This document shows positions 9,795-16,669 of a DNA stretch of 32,000 nucleotides, one piece after another; within the stretch, counting starts at the first letter, position 1, and every line of letters starts with the position of its first letter. This DNA is from Candidatus Iainarchaeum sp. (GTDB taxonomy: Archaea > Iainarchaeota > Iainarchaeia > Iainarchaeales > CSSED10-239). The stretch covers positions 38,551 to 70,550 of the forward strand of contig JAQVTI010000003.1 of NCBI GenBank assembly GCA_028700115.1. Reading direction: 5' to 3'. A model generated the notes under the pieces. That model was not told the origin of the DNA and did no database searches. It saw only the letters and a list, made by a program, of their open reading frames with translations. A program made the position numbers and the translations under genes.

Positions 9795-10775
9795 ATGTCA
9801 ATTCAAGATACTTTTCCTTGGACTGAAAAATATAGACCCAAGATTTTAGATAATGTTATAGGTCAAAAACATATTCTTCCAAGATTAAAAAGTTATGTTT
9901 CTAAAAAAACACTTCCAAATATGCTTTTTGCAGGTCCTCCTGGTGTTGGAAAAACTTGTTGTGCTATTGCTATTGCTAGAGAAATTTTTGGAAATACTTT
10001 TAATCAAGATTTTTTAGAATTAAATGCTTCTGATGAAAGAGGAATTAATGTTGTTAGAGGCGCTATTAAAGATTTTTCTAGAACATTACCATTAGGTGCA
10101 AATTTTAAAATTATTTTTTTAGATGAAGCTGATGCATTAACTACAGATGCTCAGCAAGCTTTAAGAAGGACTATGGAAAAATATACTGGAACTGTTAGAT
10201 TTATTTTAAATGCAAATTATTCTTCAAAACTGATTTCACCAATTCAAAGTAGATGTTCTTTATTTAAATTTAGGCCTCTTTTAAAAGAAGATATTTTAGA
10301 AGGTTTAAATAAAATTATAATTTCAGAAAATTTAGATATGTCTTCAGAAGCAAAGGATGCTTTGTTTGATGTTTGCGAAGGAGATATGAGAACTGCTACT
10401 AATTATCTTCAAGCTGCAAGTTCTGTTGACAAAAAAATTTCAGTTGAAACAATTTATGAAGTTTCAAATTCTGCTCAACCAAAAGATGTAATTACAATGA
10501 TTGAAAAATGTCTTAATGGTAATTTTTTAGAAGCTCGTAAATTTTTAGAAAATATGATTTTTGAGCAAGGTCTTTCTGGTGAAGATATAATTAATCAAAT
10601 TTATAAAAAATTAATTAGTATGTCTGAAGATAAAATTGATATTTCTACTAAAATACAAATTATTGATAAAATTGCAGAAATTAATTTTAGATTAGTTGAA
10701 GGGGCCAATGATCGTATACAATTAGAAGCATTACTTGCACAAATTATATTTATTGCTTCAAAAAAAGGTGATTAA
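9795..10775 (+). CDS. rfcS: Replication factor C small subunit
   Basis: 326 aa. PWTEKYRPKILDNVIGQKHI, Walker A GPPGVGKT, Walker B IIFLDEADALT, SRC motif (IQSRCSLFKF). GTGAT SD-like motif at 9784-9788. Confidence 0.93.
   Translation: MSIQDTFPWTEKYRPKILDNVIGQKHILPRLKSYVSKKTLPNMLFAGPPGVGKTCCAIAIAREIFGNTFNQDFLELNASDERGINVVRGAIKDFSRTLPLGANFKIIFLDEADALTTDAQQALRRTMEKYTGTVRFILNANYSSKLISPIQSRCSLFKFRPLLKEDILEGLNKIIISENLDMSSEAKDALFDVCEGDMRTATNYLQAASSVDKKISVETIYEVSNSAQPKDVITMIEKCLNGNFLEARKFLENMIFEQGLSGEDIINQIYKKLISMSEDKIDISTKIQIIDKIAEINFRLVEGANDRIQLEALLAQIIFIASKKGD
10767..10772 (+). promoter_or_regulatory. Shine-Dalgarno-like GGTGAT, 5 nt upstream of TTG start of the pilus ATPase
   Basis: GGTGAT lies within the last codons of rfcS. 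The same GGTGAT-N5-TTG arrangement recurs at 28570-28583. It is complementary to the canonical 16S 3' tail (AUCACC). Confidence 0.55.
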
Positions 10776-10777
10776 TT

Positions 10778-12718
10778 TTGGTAAATAAATCTTATTTAGA
10801 TAATTTGATAAATAAATATAAATCTTCAAAAGATTCTTTAAAGGAAAATAATCTTGAAAATAGTTCTTCTATACATATTAATGATAATTTAAATAATTCA
10901 GATTCAAATGAAAATTTAAAAGATTCAAAAGAAGTTTCTGAAAAATCTTTAAATCTTTATGGTAAAGAAAATTTAGATTCTTCAAATAGTAGTTATAGTA
11001 ATCAGTTAGGTTCTTCTAATAATATTAAAGAAAAATATACTTCTATTGATAATCTAATTAAAGAGCATTCTGAAGATTTATTTAAAAATAAAACTGATTT
11101 AGATAAATTAGATTCATCAAATATTTTTTTAAAAGATGATAATATAATTACTTCAAAAGAAAATTTAAAAGAAAATTCAAAAGAAAATTTAGATATTAAT
11201 TCAAAAAAATATCCCCAAAATTCAAATGATTTTTCAGAAAAAAAAACCGATTTTGAAAATGAATTAGAAAAAGAAACAAAGTCTCATTTAATTACAAAAT
11301 ATGGGGAAACTGAAATTTATAGATTAGATGGCCAAACAATGCTTCATTATAAAATTCCTGTTCCAAAAGCAAATCCTTCTCAAAAGATGATAATAAATAC
11401 TTTAAAGGAAGCAACTACAAGAATTATTTCTACAGATCCTTATAAAATTAGAGATCCTTTACAAAGAAGAAATATTTATTATCAAAAAGTTATAGATATT
11501 TTAGAAAATGCCTCTGAGATTAATATTCCGAAGCATTTATTTTCTTTTTATGCAGATTCTGTTGTAAAAGAAATGACAGGTTATGGTGTTTTAGAGTCAT
11601 TATTAAATGATGATAAGTTAGAAGAAATTATGGTTGTTGGTCCAAATAAGCCTGTTTATGTTTATCATGTAGATTATGGGATGATGACTACAAACATTAC
11701 TTTTTATTCAGATAATAGTATTTTAGAAATTATTGATAAAATTTCTAGAACTATTGGAAGACAAGTAGATATTTCTACACCTTTATTAGATGCAAGATTA
11801 CCAGATGGTTCTAGAGTTAATGCAACTATTCCACCTGCATCTCTTGATGGTTCTACTATTACAATTAGAAAATTTAGAGAAGACCCTTACACTATTACAG
11901 ATCTTGTAAAAATGAAAACTGTTAATTTGGAAGTTGCTGGTTTTTTATGGTGTGTAGTAGATGGATTTGGAGCAAAACCTTCTAATATTTTAATTTCTGG
12001 AGGTACTGGTTCAGGAAAAACAACTACTTTAAATGTTTTAGCAAATTTTATTCCAGAGTCTGATAGAGTATTAACTATTGAAGATACTGCAGAATTACAA
12101 CTTCCTATTAAGCATGTTGTAAGATTTGAAGGAAGACCCCCAGGTCTAGAAGGAAAAGGTGAATTAAGTTTAGAAATTCTTACAAAAAATACTTTAAGAA
12201 TGAGACCTGATAGAATAATTGTTGGTGAAATAAGACATAAAGAAGCAAGTACTTTATTTACTGCTATGAATACAGGTCATGATGGTTGTATGGGTACAAT
12301 TCATGCTAATTCTGCAAAAGAAACTTTAGTTAGAATTACTTCTCCTCCAATGAATGTTCCTCCATTAATGCTTGCTGGTATTGATTTTATAATTATTCAA
12401 AAAAGATTAAGAACAGTAAAAGGACAAGTAAGAAGAATAACTTCAATTGCTGAGGTTACAGGTGTTTTAGAAAATAAACCTGCTGTAAATATTATTTTTA
12501 AATGGAATCCTGAAAGTGATGTTTTAGAAAGAACTGAAAATCCTATTTATTATTTTGAAATTATAAAAACTTATACTAATTTGTCAGATTCTCAAATTAA
12601 ACAAAAAATTGAAAAAAGAATAAACATTTTAAAAGGTTTAGTTAATAATAACATTAGAGATTTAAAAAATGTTTCAAATATTATACAAGAAGAATATATT
12701 AGAGCTTTTTCTTCTTAA
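10778..12718 (+). CDS. Type IV pilus assembly ATPase (T2SSE / FlaI-PilB-TadA superfamily, EpdL-like) with long low-complexity N-terminal extension
   Basis: 646 aa. Walker A GGTGSGKTTT, Walker B-like RPDRIIVGEIR, His-box-like TGHDGCMGTIHAN. A FlaI-like N-domain starts near LITKYGETEIYRLDGQTMLHYKIPVP. The first ~170 aa are N/S/K/D/E-rich. There is no in-frame ATG before codon ~188, so a TTG start at 10778 with an SD is likely. Confidence 0.9.
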   Translation: MVNKSYLDNLINKYKSSKDSLKENNLENSSSIHINDNLNNSDSNENLKDSKEVSEKSLNLYGKENLDSSNSSYSNQLGSSNNIKEKYTSIDNLIKEHSEDLFKNKTDLDKLDSSNIFLKDDNIITSKENLKENSKENLDINSKKYPQNSNDFSEKKTDFENELEKETKSHLITKYGETEIYRLDGQTMLHYKIPVPKANPSQKMIINTLKEATTRIISTDPYKIRDPLQRRNIYYQKVIDILENASEINIPKHLFSFYADSVVKEMTGYGVLESLLNDDKLEEIMVVGPNKPVYVYHVDYGMMTTNITFYSDNSILEIIDKISRTIGRQVDISTPLLDARLPDGSRVNATIPPASLDGSTITIRKFREDPYTITDLVKMKTVNLEVAGFLWCVVDGFGAKPSNILISGGTGSGKTTTLNVLANFIPESDRVLTIEDTAELQLPIKHVVRFEGRPPGLEGKGELSLEILTKNTLRMRPDRIIVGEIRHKEASTLFTAMNTGHDGCMGTIHANSAKETLVRITSPPMNVPPLMLAGIDFIIIQKRLRTVKGQVRRITSIAEVTGVLENKPAVNIIFKWNPESDVLERTENPIYYFEIIKTYTNLSDSQIKQKIEKRINILKGLVNNNIRDLKNVSNIIQEEYIRAFSS

Positions 12719-12750
12719 ATAAATTTATTTATATTTGTATGTGAAAATAT

Positions 12751-13887
12751 ATGCCAGAAGAAAAATTAGATAATTTAAAAAAATCCACAAAAGATGTAAA
12801 TTTAGATATAGATATGGATGCTGTTCAAAGTATTGTATCTAAAATGAAAAATAAATCTGAATATAAAGTTAAAGGTGATGGTTTATCTGAAGGGCATTTA
12901 AAAGAATTAAGGGCTATTATTTCTGAAGGTAAAGTTTCTAGTTTAGATGTTGATGCAGAAAAAAAGCTTTCTGCAAATACAGATTCTGATTTGGAAAAAA
13001 GTATTGCAAAATATTATAAATTTTTTAAAGGATTAATTGATAAAATAGTTTTGATGATTGTAAGAAGTAAATCTGCACAAAAAGTTTCATATTATTTGAC
13101 TTCTGCAAATTCATCTAAAACTTTAGTTCAGCATTTAGTTATTTCTATTCTTTTTGCTTTATTTTTAGATATTTTTATGTCTATTATTGTTTTAATTATA
13201 TTACTTTTAATAAATCCAGTTATTGCAGCAATTATTTTACCAATTAGTTTAATTGTATTTTTATTTTTCTTTATATTTATTTTAGTTTATTTGTTACCTA
13301 AACAAAAAGCTAAAGTTAGAGGTAAATTGATAGATATAGATTTGCCTTTTGCCTTAAGACATATTGCAACAGAAGTTTCTGCAGGTCTAGGTTTGTATAA
13401 AGTTTTACAGTCTGTTGGTAAAAATGATTATGGTGTTTTATCAGAAGAAATTAACCGAACTATTTTAGAAATTGAAAATGGTACTGATACAAAAACTGCC
13501 CTAAGGCATACTGCTTTAAGAAGCCAATCTAAAAATTTTAATGTTGCATTATTTCATATTATAAGAACATTAAATACAGGTGGAAATCTTGCAAATACCA
13601 TTAATGGTGTTGCAGATACAGTTTCTTTTGATTTAATGGAAGATGCAAAAGTTTTTGGTGAAAAAATGAATTTCTTTGGAGTAATTTTTATATTTATTGC
13701 AATTGTTCTTCCTGTTTTTGTTGCTATTTTAGGTGGTATTGCAAATGCTCCTTTAGGTCAAGATGGGGCTTTATTTTTACCAGGAGTTATGACTCCTTCA
13801 ACTATGTCTGCAATTTTTGGAATTATTCTTCCTGTAATTTTTATATTTTTATTATATTATATTAAAATAATTTCTCCAAAGGTGTAA
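12751..13887 (+). CDS. Pilus platform membrane protein, single T2SSF domain (TadB/EpdJ-like)
   Basis: 378 aa. A cytoplasmic N-terminus is followed by TM helices, then a T2SSF-like segment LPFALRHIATEVSAGLGLYKVLQSVGKNDYGVLSEEINRTILEIENGTDTKTAL...LNTGGNLANTINGVADTV, then C-terminal TMs. Confidence 0.8.
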   Translation: MPEEKLDNLKKSTKDVNLDIDMDAVQSIVSKMKNKSEYKVKGDGLSEGHLKELRAIISEGKVSSLDVDAEKKLSANTDSDLEKSIAKYYKFFKGLIDKIVLMIVRSKSAQKVSYYLTSANSSKTLVQHLVISILFALFLDIFMSIIVLIILLLINPVIAAIILPISLIVFLFFFIFILVYLLPKQKAKVRGKLIDIDLPFALRHIATEVSAGLGLYKVLQSVGKNDYGVLSEEINRTILEIENGTDTKTALRHTALRSQSKNFNVALFHIIRTLNTGGNLANTINGVADTVSFDLMEDAKVFGEKMNFFGVIFIFIAIVLPVFVAILGGIANAPLGQDGALFLPGVMTPSTMSAIFGIILPVIFIFLLYYIKIISPKV

Positions 13888-13889
13888 TT

Positions 13890-14801
13890 GTGATTATAAA
13901 ATTTTTTGAAAAATGGTTAGATAGATATCAAATTTATTTATATGCTTTAAAGATAAAAATACCTGTGAATTATTGGATTTTGGGGATGGTATTTTTATCT
14001 TTATTGTTAGGTATTTTGGGTTATTTTATAGATTTAAAAATTGGATTAATTCTTTTTGTTTTAATTTTAGATTTAGGTATTGGTATACCTATATATTTAT
14101 ATAATAAACATATTAAAAATATTGAAAAAGATTGGCCAAGTGCATTAAAGTTAATTGCAGATACTATGAAAGCAGGTTCTTCTTTTGAATATGCTTTAAG
14201 AGAAGTTTCTACTTCTGATTTTGGAGAACTTTCTTTTGAAGTTAATGAAATGATTAGAAGATTAGAAATGGGAGATTCTATGCAATCTGCATTAGAGCAT
14301 TTATCTATAAGAATAGAATCTAGAACAGTTAGAAGAACAGTTACTTTAATTAAAGAATCATTAAGAACTGGTGCTCAGCTTGCAGATGTTTTAGATGAAA
14401 TTGCAAATGATACTAAATATATGTTTAGAATTAAAAAGGAAAGAATTACAAAAACTATGCTTCAAACAATATTTATTATTGCAGCAGGGGCTGTAATTGC
14501 ACCTTTTATTTTTGGATTAACTAGAGTAATAACTGGTTTTTTAACAGAAGTGTCTACAAATGCAGGTATTGCTACAGAATCTGCTTTGGCTGTTGCTTTA
14601 AATTCTCAAGCAACAATTTATGTTCTTTTAGATATTTATATTGTTATTGAAATTATTGCTGCTTCTGCAATAATTAGTTTAATGAGAGAAAGTAATTTAA
14701 GTAATATTTATTTGTATTTTCCTATACTTTTAACAATTGGTTATATTGTATATATGATTTCTCAAAAAGTTTTGGGGTATATGCTTACAGGAATGATTTA
14801 G
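13890..14801 (+). CDS. Pilus platform membrane protein, single T2SSF domain (TadC/EpdK-like)
   Basis: 303 aa. GTG start 5 nt after GGTG (13881-13884), 2 nt after the previous stop. T2SSF-like segment WPSALKLIADTMKAGSSFEYALREVSTSDFGELSFEVNEMIRRLEMGDSMQSAL...LRTGAQLADVLDEIANDT, flanked by TM helices. Confidence 0.8.
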   Translation: MIIKFFEKWLDRYQIYLYALKIKIPVNYWILGMVFLSLLLGILGYFIDLKIGLILFVLILDLGIGIPIYLYNKHIKNIEKDWPSALKLIADTMKAGSSFEYALREVSTSDFGELSFEVNEMIRRLEMGDSMQSALEHLSIRIESRTVRRTVTLIKESLRTGAQLADVLDEIANDTKYMFRIKKERITKTMLQTIFIIAAGAVIAPFIFGLTRVITGFLTEVSTNAGIATESALAVALNSQATIYVLLDIYIVIEIIAASAIISLMRESNLSNIYLYFPILLTIGYIVYMISQKVLGYMLTGMI

Positions 14802-14874
14802 GTTTTTTTATTTATTTCTGTTTTGTTTTTAATTAAATAGTTTTAAAAAAATAATTATAAAAATAAGAGAATTT

Positions 14875-15060
14875 ATGGATTTAAAAAAATTAAATGTTTT
14901 AAAATTTTTAAAAGAAGAAAAAGCACAAGTTTCTGTAGAATTTTTAATAGTTTTAGGGCTTGTTATTTTAGTTGCATTATTAGTGGGTTTTTATGTAAAA
15001 CAACTTTCTGGAAAGAAAGCTGGAGAAGCAAATGATTTAAAAAATCAAACATTTGAATGA
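14875..15060 (+). CDS. Flp-sized class III signal peptide protein (small pilin candidate)
   Basis: 61 aa. Leader MDLKKLNVLKFLKEEKA|QVSVEFLIVLGLVILVALLVGFYV, matching the QxSxExxxL motif with Q+1 and E+5. It has only a ~20-aa polar tail. Confidence 0.8.
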   Translation: MDLKKLNVLKFLKEEKAQVSVEFLIVLGLVILVALLVGFYVKQLSGKKAGEANDLKNQTFE

Positions 15061-15218
15061 TTTAAGGGTATTATTTTAGTTTGTTAATCTAAAAAGAAAG
15101 ATATATAAAGATAATGATGTAATATTTTGTTAAAGTTTATTATAATTTATATAAACTTTAAATTAAAATATTCTTTATAAAAGAATTTTTTTAAAATATT
15201 TTAAAAAAAAGATAAAAA

Positions 15219-15222
15219 GGTG
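15219..15222 (+). promoter_or_regulatory. Shine-Dalgarno-like AAAGGTG upstream of pilin gene
   Basis: aaaaaGGTGttattaaaATG, with 8-nt spacing to ATG 15231. Confidence 0.5.
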
Positions 15223-15230
15223 TTATTAAA

Positions 15231-15722
15231 ATGATTAAAAATAAAAAAGGACAAGGTGCCTTAGAATACCTATTACTAATTGGTGGTGCTGTTCTAATTG
15301 CTGTAATTGTAATTGCATTATTAGTTGGAATGGGTGGACAAAGTAGAGATTCTGCAAAAGATCAAGCAGACAAAGCTTCAAAAGCTACAGATATTCCTCA
15401 ACCTGCATCTATAACAAGTATCACTCCTGTTGCTAATTCTTGTACTCCAAATTCAGATGGAAATATAATTTTGGATTGGGCTCCTTTAGCTACTGGTGGA
15501 ACATATAATTTGAGAGCTTACGATTATACTGGTGAAAAGGATTTAAATGTTACTATTGGTAGTAATACTGATGGTAAATTAGATGCTTCTGTTTTACATC
15601 AAGAGAATATTATGATTTCTGGTGACGATTTTGCAGCTTGTGAAAACACATATTGGATTGAAGTTGTAACTACAAAGAATAACCAATCAGTTGCTTCTGC
15701 AAAAACAAAATTCAATTGGTAG
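15231..15722 (+). CDS. Type IV pilin with globular C-terminal domain (major pilin candidate)
   Basis: 163 aa. Leader MIKNKKG|QGALEYLLLIGGAVLIAVIVIALLV, then a beta-rich domain (ITSITPVANSCTPNSDGNIILDWAPLATGGTYNLRAYD...) with two Cys. It has its own SD, a long upstream intergenic region and a downstream hairpin plus T-tract. Confidence 0.8.
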   Translation: MIKNKKGQGALEYLLLIGGAVLIAVIVIALLVGMGGQSRDSAKDQADKASKATDIPQPASITSITPVANSCTPNSDGNIILDWAPLATGGTYNLRAYDYTGEKDLNVTIGSNTDGKLDASVLHQENIMISGDDFAACENTYWIEVVTTKNNQSVASAKTKFNW

Positions 15723-15735
15723 ATTTAAAATATAG

Positions 15736-15757
15736 TTTGTGTTTTTAAAAACACAAA
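15736..15757 (+). terminator. Hairpin plus T-tract downstream of pilin gene
   Basis: Perfect 22-nt palindrome tttgtgtttttaaaaacacaaa (9-bp stem, 4-nt loop if folded), 14 nt after the stop, followed by ttttctttttcttttttt. Confidence 0.5.
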
Positions 15758-15775
15758 TTTTCTTTTTCTTTTTTT

Positions 15776-15860
15776 AATTATTTTTTTTAAATAATTATTT
15801 TTTTTTAAATAATTATTTTTTTTATTATTTTTTTTAAATAATTATTTTTTTTAAATAAGA
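15776..15860. repeat. Intergenic tandem repeat, about 5 copies of a 17-18 nt unit AAATAATTATTTTTTTT(T)
   Basis: Read directly. Full units lie at 15789-15806 (9 T), 15807-15823 (8 T) and 15836-15852 (8 T). Partial units lie at 15776-15788, 15824-15835 and 15853-15860. The array sits between the two larger pilin genes. Confidence 0.85.
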
Positions 15861-15931
15861 ACATATATAAATATTTTGATATAATATTAAAATATAATAT
15901 TTGATTTAATTTTTAAAATAAAATAAAATTT

Positions 15932-16408
15932 ATGATTCTTATGGTTTTAAAAAATAAAAAAGGACAAAGCTCTTTAGAATATATGTTAATTATTGGTGGT
16001 GCTTTATTAGTTGCAATTATTGTTATAACCGTTGTTTTATCTTTAGGTAATGCAAATAAAGATTCTGCAGAAAGTACAAATCAAGATTATCAATATTTAA
16101 TAGACAGTACTATAATTCCTCCAATAATTACTAATGTAGATTGTAATATTGATTCTAATATTACTATTTATTTAAATACTTCTACAAGTAAAAATATTTC
16201 AGGATATAAGATTATTGTAGATGATTTTTTACCTTATCCAAGTGGTTTAGATGTAATTTATGAAACCTCTGGGGTAGTTTCTCAAAATGCTAATAGTTTA
16301 GGTATAAATACTGTTGGGCAAATATATAATATTTCTATAGTTGCAATTAAAAATAATTCTTCTTCAAGACCTTCAATGCCTTCAATGAGCTGTAAAGCAC
16401 ATAATTAA
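15932..16408 (+). CDS. Type IV pilin with globular C-terminal domain (second pilin)
   Basis: 158 aa from ATG 15932. ATG 15941 would give leader MVLKNKKG|QSSLEYMLIIGGALLVAIIVITVVL, a length closer to the other pilins. The C-terminal domain has two Cys and several N-x-S/T sequons (NIT, NTS, NIS, NNS). Confidence 0.8.
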   Translation: MILMVLKNKKGQSSLEYMLIIGGALLVAIIVITVVLSLGNANKDSAESTNQDYQYLIDSTIIPPIITNVDCNIDSNITIYLNTSTSKNISGYKIIVDDFLPYPSGLDVIYETSGVVSQNANSLGINTVGQIYNISIVAIKNNSSSRPSMPSMSCKAHN

Positions 16409-16432
16409 ATATATAGAAATTAAAGATAATTT

Positions 16433-16621
16433 ATGAAAAATATAAATAAATTTTTAAAAGAAGAAAAAGCACAAGTCTCTGTAGAATATTTAATTATGAT
16501 TGTTTTTGGTTTAATGCTTGTAATTACTACAGGAATAATTATAATCAATTTAAATAGTTTTGTAACTATGGCTAAAGCTAAAATTTTAACATATAGAGAT
16601 AATATTTTAGCAAGTTTATAG
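16433..16621 (+). CDS. Flp-sized class III signal peptide protein (small pilin candidate, paralog of 14875-15060)
   Basis: 62 aa. Leader MKNINKFLKEEKA|QVSVEYLIMIVFGLMLVITTGIIII. A 46-nt stretch (16449-16494) is 44/46 identical to 14903-14948. Confidence 0.8.
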   Translation: MKNINKFLKEEKAQVSVEYLIMIVFGLMLVITTGIIIINLNSFVTMAKAKILTYRDNILASL

Positions 16622-16669
16622 TTTAATTTTTAGAAAATGTATATTATGTTTTTTTAAAGTAGGTAATAA

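Noticed and set aside
15131-15186. Perfect inverted repeats upstream of the major pilin gene: taaagtttat-N10-ataaacttta (15131-15160) and attcttt-ata-aaagaat (15170-15186). They could be operator sites.
   Set aside because: In DNA this AT-rich, perfect 7-10 bp A/T palindromes are expected many times by chance in 32 kb. By my rough estimate that means tens of occurrences once spacers are allowed. I found no second copy elsewhere to suggest a regulon motif. They are worth revisiting only if conserved in orthologous regions.
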